A stretch of 64,000 bases of DNA, taken from Nemertoderma westbladi. Lineage: Eukaryota; Animalia; Xenacoelomorpha. The notes under the pieces were generated by a model. That model worked only from the letters and a program-made list of their open reading frames with translations. It searched no databases and was not told the origin of the DNA. The stretch lies in NCBI GenBank assembly GCA_032718475.1, contig JAUCBJ010004292.1, positions 22,804-86,803 on the forward strand, given 5' to 3'. Shown in pieces: positions 50,123-64,000 of the stretch (the stretch's first letter is position 1; each line of letters starts with the position of its first letter). A program made the position numbers and the translations under genes.

Positions 50123-50564
50123 ACTCTCCGTTGGAGTACAGATGCCATCTAGTTTGACCTCAACCTACAATCCAACGTACTCCAGTACTGAACTCTGCAC
50201 TGCGGGTTGCCCTGCCAACCAACAGCTGTCTGACACTAGATGGCGGCACGCAGCTGACTCCTCCCTCACTCACGCTCAGGCTATGAAACATTGTTCCCAA
50301 CTATCTGACTTCTATTACCGAGCGTGTGTGTTTGATCTGGTTACTACGGGAGACCTGAACCTTGTGGCGGCTTCCCGTTTAGCTAGGGACGACGTTGCGG
50401 CTCTACGTACAGACTGGTTGGAGCCGGCTACCACCCGGGGGGTCTACCCTCCGTCCGTGACCTACTCCTGCGCGAGTCTCTTACATACAAGCCGGACTCC
50501 CCACCCCATGGTCTGTTACGTCATTGTAATATTACTGTCTAGTTGGGTCGCTATACCCACATAA
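50112..50564 (+). CDS. RGM: RGM-family gene, last coding exon (C-terminal domain and GPI-type signal)
   Basis: IGPSLSVGVQMP..ELCTAGCP..QQL..A..HC..DFYYRACVFDLVTTGDLN..AA..A.DD, compared with RGM YFQACVFDLLTTGD.NF. Ends in a hydrophobic C-terminus, MVCYVIVILLSSWVAIPT*. Confidence 0.95.
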   Translation: MGPSLSVGVQMPSSLTSTYNPTYSSTELCTAGCPANQQLSDTRWRHAADSSLTHAQAMKHCSQLSDFYYRACVFDLVTTGDLNLVAASRLARDDVAALRTDWLEPATTRGVYPPSVTYSCASLLHTSRTPHPMVCYVIVILLSSWVAIPT

Positions 50565-50938
50565 CCTTTACTTAATTAATATTTTTTAATTAATTAATAT
50601 TGCAACGCAGATTTCAGGTGCAACGTATCCCACTAGCCTTTCCCTACTGTAGACTATAGTCCAGGGCCTGGCGTCCATTTGTATTGCTCTATAAGAGGTT
50701 CAGGGGGGGGGGGGGGGTCTCTAAATGACTATATTTTTCCCCCTTATTTAGGAGAGGGGCATTTACATTTACAAAATATCTAAAATGGACTCGATTTATG
50801 ATATTTGGTATCACAGGTTTACAATAGTAGAAGGAAGGAATAGATGAATAATTTTCAAAAATACTTTTTTATATTTTTAATTTTTTTAATGTAAAGTTTC
50901 TTCGGTTGTCAATTATTGGATCTATTTTACCAAAGTTT

Positions 50939-53900
50939 ACAATCGTAGTCAGTAGCAACCGTAGTTAGTAGCAACCGTAGTCAGTAGCAACCATAGTCAG
51001 GGCCTTAGACTATAACTACTGTATCTCTTACAACCGTAGTCAGTAGCAACCGTAGTCAGGCCTTAGACTATAACTACTGTATCTCTTACAACCGTAGTCA
51101 GTAGCAACCGTAGTCAGGGCCTTAGACTATAACTACTGTATCTCTTACAACCGTAGTCAGTAGCAACCATAGTCAGGCCTTAGACTATAACTACTGTATC
51201 TCTTACAACCGTAGTCAGTAGCAACCGTAGTCAGGGCCTTAGACTATAACTACTGTATCTCTTACAACCGTAGTCAGGGCCTTAGACTATAACTACTGTA
51301 TCTCTTACAACCGTAGTCAGTAGCAACCGTAGTCAGGCCTTAGACTATAACTACTGTATCTCTTACAACCGTAGTCAGGGCCTTAGACTATAACTACTGT
51401 ATCTCTTACAACCGTAGTCAGTAGCAACCATAGTCAGGGCCTTAGACTATAACTACTGTATCTCTTACAACCGTAGTCAGGCCTTAGACTATAACTACTG
51501 TATCTCTTACAACCGTAGTCAGTAGCAACCGTAGTCAGGCCTTAGACTATAACTACTGTATCTCTTACAACCGTAGTCAGTAGCAACCGTAGTCAGGGCC
51601 TTAGATTATAACTACTGTATCTCTTACAACCGTAGTCAGTAGCAACCATAGTCAGGGCCTTAGACTATAACTACTGTATCTCTTACAACCGTAGTCAGTA
51701 GCAACCGTAGTCAGGGCCTTAGACTATAACTACTGTATCTCTTACAACCGTAGTCAGTAGCAACCATAGTCAGGCCTTAGACTATAACTACTGTATCTCT
51801 TACAACCGTAGTCAGTAGCAACCGTAGTCAGGGCCTTAGACTATAACTACTGTATCTCTTACAACCGTAGTCAGGGCCTTAGACTATAACTACTGTATCT
51901 CTTACAACCGTAGTCAGTAGCAACCGTAGTCAGGCCTTAGACTATAACTACTGTATCTCTTACAACCGTAGTCAGTAGCAACCGTAGTCAGGGCCTTAGA
52001 CTATAACTACTGTATCTCTTACAACCGTAGTCAGTAGCAACCATAGTCAGGCCTTAGACTATAACTACTGTATCTCTTACAACCGTAGTCAGTAGCAACC
52101 GTAGTCAGGGCCTTAGACTATAACTACTGTATCTCTTACAACCGTAGTCAGGGCCTTAGACTATAACTACTGTATCTCTTACAACCGTAGTCAGTAGCAA
52201 CCGTAGTCAGGCCTTAGACTATAACTACTGTATCTCTTACAACCGTAGTCAGTAGCAACCATAGTCAGGCCTTAGACTATAACTACTGTATCTCTTACAA
52301 CCGTAGTCAGGCCTTAGACTATAACTACTGTATCTCTTACAACCGTAGTCAGTAGCAACCGTAGTCAGGGCCTTAGACTATAACTACTGTATCTCTTACA
52401 ACCGTAGTCAGGGCCTTAGACTATAACTACTGTATCTCTTACAACCGTAGTCAGTAGCAACCGTAGTCAGGGCCTTAGACTATAACTACTGTATCTCTTA
52501 CAACCGTAGTCAGGGCCTTAGACTATAACTACTGTATCTCTTACAACCGTAGTCAGTAGCAACCGTAGTCAGGCCTTAGACTATAACTACTGTATCTCTT
52601 ACAACCGTAGTCAGTAGCAACCATAGTCAGGCCTTAGACTATAACTACTGTATCTCTTACAACCGTAGTCAGGCCTTAGACTATAACTACTGTATCTCTT
52701 ACAACCGTAGTCAGTAGCAACCGTAGTCAGGGCCTTAGACTATAACTACTGTATCTCTTACAACCGTAGTCAGGGCCTTAGACTATAACTACTGTATCTC
52801 TTACAACCGTAGTCAGTAGCAACCGTAGTCAGGCCTTAGACTATAACTACTGTATCTCTTACAACCGTAGTCAGTAGCAACCATAGTCAGGGCCTTAGAC
52901 TATAACTACTGTATCTCTTACAACCGTAGTCAGTAGCAACCGTAGTCAGGGCCTTAGACTATAACTACTGTATCTCTTACAACCGTTGAGTTTAGTTGAG
53001 TTGAGTTTATTTATTCCTCAATAAAAACGAAATAATTCATGAGTAATTGCACAGCAGACTGTAATCTGCTGGGTACTGTGTGGGTGGTCCTCCACTATAG
53101 CAAATCGCTAGTTCAGCTTCGGAACACCCACATACCATGGAGGAAAAGGGGTGTTTGTATATATTTTAGAACACATGACTAAGACCTAATGTAACTGTTG
53201 TTGACTGAAATTGTGGCAGCATAAATAGTATGTCAAACATTAAAATATAATTGGCAAATGCAATGGTATGTAAAATCAGTTGTTGTGAGTGTATATATTA
53301 TTACTGGTTTGTAAAAATATAAAATCGAGTTTGGCTGGTAATACTGATCTGAAATGAAATCTATGGCAGTATCTTGTAATTTTAAGAGATTTTGAGCAAG
53401 TAATTCTTAAGTTTTAATTTAAAGATATTCAGACTGGAGCTGCTACGGATATTTTGTGGCAAGGAGTTCCAGAGTAAAGGGCCTTGAACAGATACAGACT
53501 GGTGACGGACAATAAGACGGACATGTGGCAGGTGGTACAGACCAGCGGAGGCAGAGCGGGTGTTGTAGGAGTGCACTGAAGAAGCCCTGGTGAACAAGTG
53601 GGAAAGAGGGTGGGAGGGGTTACTATGAATATCGTACATTAGTGAGAGGACCTGGAATTGGAAAAGTTGATCTATAGGTAGTATACGTAGTTGTTGGTAG
53701 ATTGGAAAGGCGGAGGACCGGTAGTGGCTAAATGTAATACATCGTAGAATTTTATTTAGTTTTGTTCGCAAAGGTTTGGTGATGGTATTGTAGGTGCCAC
53801 CCCAGACAATGAGACCATAGTAGATGTATGGATATATTAACGAGTAAAAGAGCATCCGTAAAATCTGTGGGCTGAGAATATGACGTAATTTATAGAAAAG

Positions 53901-56900
53901 ACCTCCGGTTCTAGAGATCTTTTTAAGAATGTAGCTTATGTGATTGCGGAATGTTAAATTATTGTCGATAATTATACCTAGGTACTTAAATGCAGATGTA
54001 AATTTTATTGGTTGACTATTAATGGATAGACCGTGAGATTGAGATTGGAATCTGGAGTTTTTAAATATGGAGTATTCTGTCTTATCAATATTTAACGTTA
54101 GTCGGTTGTCACATAGCCAGTCATAGAGCAGGTTAGCGTCGTAATTCATGGAGTCGATTAGAGGAGTCAGATGGCGGTGTCGTCGCATGAGAGTGGTGTC
54201 ATCGGCAAAGAGAGTCGCGAGGGAGGATGTGCAGTTAGGTAAGTCATTTATATAAAGAAGAAAAAGGACTGGCCCGAGAACCGACCCTTGTGGGATACCA
54301 CATGAAATGGACCTGAGAGAGGATATAGTGTTATCTATAGATACGCACTGCCTACGGTTGGTAAGATAATCAGAAAATAGTGAAAAGGGCGTGCCACGGA
54401 TACCGTACATTTGTACTTTGCTAAGTAGGATAGAAAAATTAAGCGTGTCGAACGCCTTTTTCAAATCAATTAGTAGTAAACAAGAAGAATCGTAATTATC
54501 AAGAGCTTCACGTAATGACTCTACAATGTTTATAACAGCCATGGACGTAGTGTATTTCTTACGAAAGCCGAACTGATTAGGGGAAATAATTTTAAATTTT
54601 TCCAGATAGGATATTAATTGAGAATATATAACAGATTCATAGATTTTATGAAATACTGAAAGTAAAGAGATGGGCCTATAGTTGGTAGTCAGGAAGGGGT
54701 CGCCACCTTTATAAACTGGGATAACTTTGGATACCTTAATAGAATTAGGAAAGTGGCCTTGATTTATGCTTAGATTAATTAGGTAGGCTAAATGAGTTGC
54801 TATAATAGGTGCGGCTAATTTAACAAGGTGTACAGGGAAATCGTCATTGGATGAAGCACTGTCGCGTAAAGTAAGTAAATTGTAGTGTACCTCTACAGCG
54901 GAAGTTTCTGTGAGTACAAGAGAGTTAGATTTAGAATGTTGAATATGTCGAGTCGGGCTGCGTGATGTGGTTGGCAGTTTAGAAGCTAATTTTGGTCCTA
55001 TGGTAGAAAAGAAATCGTTAAAGTGGTTAGCTATATCAGATGAGGAAGTCACACTATAATTAGAACCGTTGTTAGATATATTTAAACGTTTTGGAACAGA
55101 AGATTTACTAGATCGGTTAAGTAGATTATTAATAGTTTTCCAGGTTTTGCGCATATTATTTGAATTATTTGTAAACTCCGAAGTATAATATTGTTTCTCG
55201 GCAGACCTAAGTAGACTAGTTAGCTTGTTACGGTATAATTTAAAGATGTTGTAGCAACCGTAGTCAGTAGCAACCATAGTCAGGGCCTTAGACTATAACT
55301 ACTGTATCTCTTACAACCGTAGTCAGTAGCAATCGTAGTCAGGGCCTTAGACTATAACTACTGTATCTCTTACAACCGTAGTCAGGGCCTTAGACTATAA
55401 CTACTGTATCTCTTACAACCGTAGTCAGGGCCTTAGACTATAACTACTGTATCTCTTACAACCGTAGTCAGTAGCAACCATAGTCAGGCCTTAGACTATA
55501 ACTACTGTATCTCTTACAACCGTAGTCAGTAGCAACCATAGTCAGGGCCTTAGACTATAACTACTGTATCTCTTACAACCGTAGTCAGTAGCAACCATAG
55601 TCAGGCCTTAGACTATAACTACTGTATCTCTTACAACCGTAGTCAGTAGCAACCGTAGTCAGGCCTTAGACTATAACTACTGTATCTCTTACAACCGTAG
55701 TCAGGGCCTTAGACTATAACTACTGTATCTCTTACAACCGTAGTCAGTAGCAACCGTAGTCAGGCCTTAGACTATAACTACTGTATCTCTTACAACCGTA
55801 GTCAGTAGCAACCGTAGTCAGGGCCTTAGATTATAACTACTGTATCTCTTACAACCGTAGTCAGTAGCAACCATAGTCAGGGCCTTAGACTATAACTACT
55901 GTATCTCTTACAACCGTAGTCAGTAGCAACCGTAGTCAGGGCCTTAGACTATAACTACTGTATCTCTTACAACCGTAGTCAGTAGCAACCATAGTCAGGC
56001 CTTAGACTATAACTACTGTATCTCTTACAACCGTAGTCAGTAGCAACCGTAGTCAGGCCTTAGACTATAACTACTGTATCTCTTACAACCGTAGTCAGGG
56101 CCTTAGACTATAACTACTGTATCTCTTACAACCGTAGTCAGTAGCAACCGTAGTCAGGCCTTAGACTATATCTACTGTATCTCTTACAACCGTAGTCAGT
56201 AGCAACCGTAGTCAGGGCCTTAGACTATAACTACTGTATCTCTTACAACCGTAGTCAGTAGCAACCATAGTCAGGGCCTTAGACTATAACTACTGTATCT
56301 CTTACAACCGTAGTCAGTAGCAACCGTAGTCAGGGCCTTAGACTATAACTACTGTATCTCTTACAACCGTAGTCAGTAGCAACCATAGTCAGGCCTTAGA
56401 CTATAACTACTGTATCTCTTACAACCGTAGTCAGTAGCAACCGTAGTCAGGGCCTTAGACTATAACTACTGTATCTCTTACAACCGTAGTCAGGGCCTTA
56501 GACTATAACTACTGTATCTCTTACAACCGTAGTCAGTAGCAACCGTAGTCAGGCCTTAGACTATAACTACTGTATCTCTTACAACCGTAGTCAGTAGCAA
56601 CCGTAGTCAGGGCCTTAGACTATAACTACTGTATCTCTTACAACCGTAGTCAGTAGCAACCATAGTCAGGCCTTAGACTATAACTACTGTATCTCTTACA
56701 ACCGTAGTCAGTAGCAACCGTAGTCAGGGCCTTAGACTATAACTACTGTATCTCTTACAACCGTAGTCAGGGCCTTAGACTATAACTACTGTATCTCTTA
56801 CAACCGTAGTCAGTAGCAACCGTAGTCAGGCCTTAGACTATAACTACTGTATCTCTTACAACCGTAGTCAGTAGCAACCATAGTCAGGCCTTAGACTATA

Positions 56901-59900
56901 ACTACTGTATCTCTTACAACCGTAGTCAGGCCTTAGACTATAACTACTGTATCTCTTACAACCGTAGTCAGTAGCAACCGTAGTCAGGGCCTTAGACTAT
57001 AACTACTGTATCTCTTACAACCGTAGTCAGGGCCTTAGACTATAACTACTGTATCTCTTACAACCGTAGTCAGTAGCAACCGTAGTCAGGCCTTAGACTA
57101 TAACTACTGTATCTCTTACAACCGTAGTCAGTAGCAACCATAGTCAGGGCCTTAGACTATAACTACTGTATCTCTTACAACCGTAGTCAGTAGCAACCGT
57201 AGTCAGGGCCTTAGACTATAACTACTGTATCTCTTACAACCGTAGTCAGTAGCAACCGTAGTCAGGCCTTAGACTATAACTACTGTATCTCTTACAACCG
57301 TAGTCAGTAGCAACCATAGTCAGGCCTTAGACTATAACTACTGTATCTCTTACAACCGTAGTCAGGCCTTAGACTATAACTACTGTATCTCTTACAACCG
57401 TAGTCAGTAGCAACCGTAGTCAGGCCTTAGACTATAACTACTGTATCTCTTACAACCGTAGTCAGGGCCTTAGACTATAACTACTGTATCTCTTACAACC
57501 GTAGTCAGTAGCAACCGTAGTCAGGGCCTTAGACTATAACTACTGTATCTCTTACAACCGTAGTCAGGCCTTAGACTATAACTACTGTATCTCTTACAAC
57601 CGTAGTCAGTAGCAACCGTAGTCAGGCCTTAGACTATAACTACTGTATCTCTTACAACCGTAGTCAGTAGCAACCGTAGTCAGGGCCTTAGACTATAACT
57701 ACTGTATCTCTTACAACCGTAGTCAGTAGCAACCATAGTCAGGGCCTTAGACTATAACTACTGTATCTCTTACAACCGTAGTCAGTAGCAACCGTAGTCA
57801 GGGCCTTAGACTATAACTACTGTATCTCTTACAACCGTAGTCAGTAGCAACCATAGTCAGGCCTTAGACTATAACTACTGTATCTCTTACAACCGTAGTC
57901 AGTAGCAACCGTAGTCAGGGCCTTAGACTATAACTACTGTATCTCTTACAACCGTAGTCAGGGCCTTAGACTATAACTACTGTATCTCTTACAACCGTAG
58001 TCAGTAGCAACCGTAGTCAGGCCTTAGACTATAACTACTGTATCTCTTACAACCGTAGTCAGTAGCAACCGTAGTCAGGGCCTTAGACTATAACTACTGT
58101 ATCTCTTACAACCGTAGTCAGTAGCAACCATAGTCAGGCCTTAGACTATAACTACTGTATCTCTTACAACCGTAGTCAGTAGCAACCGTAGTCAGGGCCT
58201 TAGACTATAACTACTGTATCTCTTACAACCGTAGTCAGGGCCTTAGACTATAACTACTGTATCTCTTACAACCGTAGTCAGTAGCAACCGTAGTCAGGCC
58301 TTAGACTATAACTACTGTATCTCTTACAACCGTAGTCAGTAGCAACCATAGTCAGGCCTTAGACTATAACTACTGTATCTCTTACAACCGTAGTCAGGCC
58401 TTAGACTATAACTACTGTATCTCTTACAACCGTAGTCAGTAGCAACCATAGTCAGGCCTTAGACTATAACTACTGTATCTCTTACAACCGTAGTCAGTAG
58501 CAACCGTAGTCAGGGCCTTAGACTATAACTACTGTATCTCTTACAACCGTAGTCAGGGCCTTAGACTATAACTACTGTATCTCTTACAACCGTAGTCAGT
58601 AGCAACCGTAGTCAGGCCTTAGACTATAACTACTGTATCTCTTACAACCGTAGTCAGTAGCAACCGTAGTCAGGGCCTTAGACTATAACTACTGTATCTC
58701 TTACAACCGTAGTCAGTAGCAACCATAGTCAGGGCCTTAGACTATAACTACTGTATCTCTTACAACCGTAGTCAGTAGCAACCGTAGTCAGGGCCTTAGA
58801 CTATAACTACTGTATCTCTTACAACCGTAGTCAGTAGCAACCATAGTCAGGCCTTAGACTATAACTACTGTATCTCTTACAACCGTAGTCAGTAGCAACC
58901 GTAGTCAGGGCCTTAGACTATAACTACTGTATCTCTTACAACCGTAGTCAGGGCCTTAGACTATAACTACTGTATCTCTTACAACCGTAGTCAGTAGCAA
59001 CCGTAGTCAGGCCTTAGACTATAACTACTGTATCTCTTACAACCGTAGTCAGTAGCAACCGTAGTCAGGGCCTTAGACTATAACTACTGTATCTCTTACA
59101 ACCGTAGTCAGTAGCAACCATAGTCAGGCCTTAGACTATAACTACTGTATCTCTTACAACCGTAGTCAGTAGCAACCGTAGTCAGGGCCTTAGACTATAA
59201 CTACTGTATCTCTTACAACCGTAGTCAGGGCCTTAGACTATAACTACTGTATCTCTTACAACCGTAGTCAGTAGCAACCGTAGTCAGGCCTTAGACTATA
59301 ACTACTGTATCTCTTACAACCGTAGTCAGTAGCAACCGTAGTCAGGGCCTTAGACTATAACTACTGTATCTCTTACAACCGTAGTCAGGGCCTTAGACTA
59401 TAACTACTGTATCTCTTACAACCGTAGTCAGTAGCAACCGTAGTCAGGGCCTTAGACTATAACTACTGTATCTCTTACAACCGTAGTCAGGGCCTTAGAC
59501 TATAACTACTGTATCTCTTACAACCGTAGTCAGTAGCAACCGTAGTCAGGCCTTAGACTATAACTACTGTATCTCTTACAACCGTAGTCAGTAGCAACCA
59601 TAGTCAGGGCCTTAGACTATAACTACTGTATCTCTTACAACCGTAGTCAGTAGCAACCGTAGTCAGGGCCTTAGACTATAACTACTGTATCTCTTACAAC
59701 CGTAGTCAGTAGCAACCGTAGTCAGGCCTTAGACTATAACTACTGTATCTCTTACAACCGTAGTCAGGGCCTTAGACTATAACTACTGTATCTCTTACAA
59801 CCGTAGTCAGGGCCTTAGACTATAACTACTGTATCTCTTACAACCGTAGTCAGTAGCAACCATAGTCAGGCCTTAGACTATAACTACTGTATCTCTTACA

Positions 59901-62900
59901 ACCGTAGTCAGTAGCAACCGTAGTCAGGGCCTTAGACTATAACTACTGTATCTCTTACAACCGTAGTCAGGGCCTTAGACTATAACTACTGTATCTCTTA
60001 CAACCGTAGTCAGGCCTTAGACTATAACTACTGTATCTCTTACAACCGTAGTCAGTAGCAACCGTAGTCAGGCCTTAGACTATAACTACTGTATCTCTTA
60101 CAACCGTAGTCAGTAGCAACCGTAGTCAGGGCCTTAGACTATAACTACTGTATCTCTTACAACCGTAGTCAGTAGCAACCGTAGTCAGGCCTTAGACTAT
60201 AACTACTGTATCTCTTACAACCGTAGTCAGTAGCAACCATAGTCAGGCCTTAGACTATAACTACTGTATCTCTTACAACCGTAGTCAGTAGCAACCGTAG
60301 TCAGGGCCTTAGACTATAACTACTGTATCTCTTACAACCGTAGTCAGTAGCAACCGTAGTCAGGGCCTTAGACTATAACTACTGTATCTCTTACAACCGT
60401 AGTCAGTAGCAACCGTAGTCAGGGCCTTAGACTATAACTACTGTATCTCTTACAACCGTAGTCAGTAGCAACCGTAGTCAGGGCCTTAGACTATAACTAC
60501 TGTATCTCTTACAACCGTAGTCAGTAGCAACCGTAGTCAGGCCTTAGACTATAACTACTGTATCTCTTACAACCGTAGTCAGTAGCAACCGTAGTCAGGC
60601 CTTAGACTATAACTACTGTATCTCTTACAACCGTAGTCAGGGCCTTAGACTATAACTACTGTATCTCTTACAACCGTAGTCAGTAGCAACCGTAGTCAGG
60701 GCCTTAGACTATAACTACTGTATCTCTTACAACCGTAGTCAGTAGCAACCGTAGTCAGGGCCTTAGACTATAACTACTGTATCTCTTACAACCGTAGTCA
60801 GTAGCAACCGTAGTCAGGGCCTTAGACTATAACTACTGTATCTCTTACAACCGTAGTCAGTAGCAACCGTAGTCAGGGCCTTAGACTATAACTACTGTAT
60901 CTCTTACAACCGTAGTCAGTAGCAACCGTAGTCAGGGCCTTAGACTATAACTACTGTATCTCTTACAACCGTAGTCAGTAGCAACCGTAGTCAGGGCCTT
61001 AGACTATAACTACTGTATCTCTTACAACCGTAGTCAGGGCCTTAGACTATAACTACTGTATCTCTTACAACCGTAGTCAGTAGCAACCGTAGTCAGGCCT
61101 TAGACTATAACTACTGTATCTCTTACAACCGTAGTCAGGCCTTAGACTATAACTACTGTATCTCTTACAACCGTAGTCAGTAGCAACCGTAGTCAGGCCT
61201 TAGACTATAACTACTGTATCTCTTACAACCGTAGTCAGTAGCAACCGTAGTCAGGGCCTTAGACTATAACTACTGTATCTCTTACAACCGTAGTCAGTAG
61301 CAACCGTAGTCAGGGCCTTAGACTATAACTACTGTATCTCTTACAACCGTAGTCAGTAGCAACCGTAGTCAGGGCCTTAGACTATAACTACTGTATCTCT
61401 TACAACCGTAGTCAGGGCCTTAGACTATAACTACTGTATCTCTTACAACCGTAGTCAGGGCCTTAGACTATAACTACTGTATCTCTTACAACCGTAGTCA
61501 GGGCCTTAGACTATAACTACTGTATCTCTTACAACCGTAGTCAGTAGCAACCGTAGTCAGGCCTTAGACTATAACTACTGTATCTCTTACAACCGTAGTC
61601 AGGGCCTTAGACTATAACTACTGTATCTCTTACAACCGTAGTCAGTAGCAACCATAGTCAGGCCTTAGACTATAACTACTGTATCTCTTACAACCGTAGT
61701 CAGGCCTTAGACTATAACTACTGTATCTCTTACAACCGTAGTCAGGGCCTTAGACTATAACTACTGTATCTCTTACAACCGTAGTCAGTAGCAACCGTAG
61801 TCAGGCCTTAGACTATAACTACTGTATCTCTTACAACCGTAGTCAGGCCTTAGACTATAACTACTGTATCTCTTACAACCGTAGTCAGGGCCTTAGACTA
61901 TAACTACTGTATCTCTTACAACCGTAGTCAGTAGCAACCGTAGTCAGGGCCTTAGACTATAACTACTGTATCTCTTACAACCGTAGTCAGTAGCAACCGT
62001 AGTCAGGCCTTAGACTATAACTACTGTATCTCTTACAACCGTAGTCAGTAGCAACCGTAGTCAGGGCCTTAGACTATAACTACTGTATCTCTTACAACCG
62101 TAGTCAGGCCTTAGACTATAACTACTGTATCTCTTACAACCGTAGTCAGTAGCAACCGTAGTCAGGCCTTAGACTATAACTACTGTATCTCTTACAACCG
62201 TAGTCAGTAGCAACCGTAGTCAGGGCCTTAGACTATAACTACTGTATCTCTTACAACCGTAGTCAGTAGCAACCGTAGTCAGGCCTTAGACTATAACTAC
62301 TGTATCTCTTACAACCGTAGTCAGTAGCAACCGTAGTCAGGGCCTTAGACTATAACTACTGTATCTCTTACAACCGTAGTCAGTAGCAACCGTAGTCAGG
62401 CCTTAGACTATAACTACTGTATCTCTTACAACCGTAGTCAGTAGCAACCGTAGTCAGGCCTTAGACTATAACTACTGTATCTCTTACAACCGTAGTCAGT
62501 AGCAACCATAGTCAGGCCTTAGACTATAACTACTGTATCTCTTACAACCGTAGTCAGTAGCAACCATAGTCAGGGCCTTAGACTATAACTACTGTATCTC
62601 TTACAACCGTAGTCAGTAGCAACCGTAGTCAGGCCTTAGACTATAACTACTGTATCTCTTACAACCGTAGTCAGTAGCAACCGTAGTCAGGCCTTAGACT
62701 ATAACTACTGTATCTCTTACAACCGTAGTCAGTAGCAACCGTAGTCAGGCCTTAGACTATAACTACTGTATCTCTTACAACCGTAGTCAGGCCTTAGACT
62801 ATAACTACTGTATCTCTTACAACCGTAGTCAGTAGCAACCGTAGTCAGGCCTTAGACTATAACTACTGTATCTCTTACAACCGTAGTCAGTAGCAACCGT

Positions 62901-64000
62901 AGTCAGGGCCTTAGACTATAACTACTGTATCTCTTACAACCGTAGTCAGGGCCTTAGACTATAACTACTGTATCTCTTACAACCGTAGTCAGTAGCAACC
63001 GTAGTCAGGGCCTTAGACTATAACTACTGTATCTCTTACAACCGTAGTCAGTAGCAACCGTAGTCAGGGCCTTAGACTATAACTACTGTATCTCTTACAA
63101 CCGTAGTCAGGGCCTTAGACTATAACTACTGTATCTCTTACAACCGTAGTCAGTAGCAACCGTAGTCAGGCCTTAGACTATAACTACTGTATCTCTTACA
63201 ACCGTAGTCAGGGCCTTAGACTATAACTACTGTATCTCTTACAACCGTAGTCAGTAGCAACCGTAGTCAGGCCTTAGACTATAACTACTGTATCTCTTAC
63301 AACCGTAGTCAGTAGCAACCGTAGTCAGGCCTTAGACTATAACTACTGTATCTCTTACAACCGTAGTCAGGCCTTAGACTATAACTACTGTATCTCTTAC
63401 AACCGTAGTCAGTAGCAACCGTAGTCAGGCCTTAGACTATAACTACTGTATCTCTTACAACCGTAGTCAGTAGCAACCATAGTCAGGGCCTTAGACTATA
63501 ACTACTGTATCTCTTACAACCGTAGTCAGGGCCTTAGACTATAACTACTGTATCTCTTACAACCGTAGTCAGTAGCAACCGTAGTCAGGCCTTAGACTAT
63601 AACTACTGTATCTCTTACAACCGTAGTCAGGCCTTAGACTATAACTACTGTATCTCTTACAACCGTAGTCAGGCCTTAGACTATAACTACTGTATCTCTT
63701 ACAACCGTAGTCAGTAGCAACCGTAGTCAGGCCTTAGACTATAACTACTGTATCTCTTACAACCGTAGTCAGGCCTTAGACTATAACTACTGTATCTCTT
63801 ACAACCGTAGTCAGTAGCAACCGTAGTCAGGCCTTAGACTATAACTACTGTATCTCTTACAACCGTAGTCAGTAGCAACCGTAGTCAGGGCCTTAGACTA
63901 TAACTACTGTATCTCTTACAACCGTAGTCAGGCCTTAGACTATAACTACTGTATCTCTTACAACCGTAGTCAGTAGCAACCGTAGTCAGGGCCTTAGACT
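50939..64000 (+). repeat. About 42-59-bp satellite CAACCGTAGTCAG[TAGCAACCGTAGTCAG]G(G)CCTTAGACTATAACTACTGTATCTCTTA, running to the window end
   Basis: Direct tandem array with an optional 16-bp sub-repeat, interrupted by a LINE at 52987-55254. Confidence 0.97.
52987..55254 (-). mobile_element. 5'-truncated CR1/L2-group LINE with an uninterrupted RT ORF
   Basis: ORF 53382-55254: NYRPISLL..QFGFR..DLKKAFDT..GIPQGSVLGP..FADDT..KYLG..LWNSLP..FKLKLK. 3' UTR ends in AATAAA followed by (CTCAA)n. Probable TSD CAACCGT (52980-52986 and 55255-55261). Confidence 0.93.

Noticed and set aside
55255-55277. ATG start of the 631-aa LINE ORF
   Set aside because: The ATG comes from the flanking satellite. The LINE is 5'-truncated and lacks its endonuclease.

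Overview
Eukaryotic (animal, probably invertebrate) repeat-rich DNA. Bases 1-14.7 kb hold an RTE-like LINE split by a 12.8-kb BEL/Pao LTR retrotransposon. That element has near-identical LTRs and a GGTGA target duplication, keeps gag and protease, and has lost RT, RNase H and integrase. The ORF track misses a complete five-coding-exon repulsive guidance molecule (RGM/hemojuvelin family) gene on the + strand (22615-50564, 396 aa after splicing: signal peptide, GDPH partial vWD domain, GPI-type tail). The most striking feature is that its two large downstream introns are built almost entirely from tandem copies of their own splice junctions. Intron 3 is about 100 copies of 'exon-3 end + 5' splice site' plus 3 copies of the exon-4 acceptor. 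Intron 4 is about 245 copies of 'polypyrimidine tract + AG + start of exon 5'. Intron 1 is a patchwork of satellites, MITEs and Helentron-like elements. A further satellite fills 50.9-64 kb. Two 5'-truncated LINEs are inserted inside satellite arrays.
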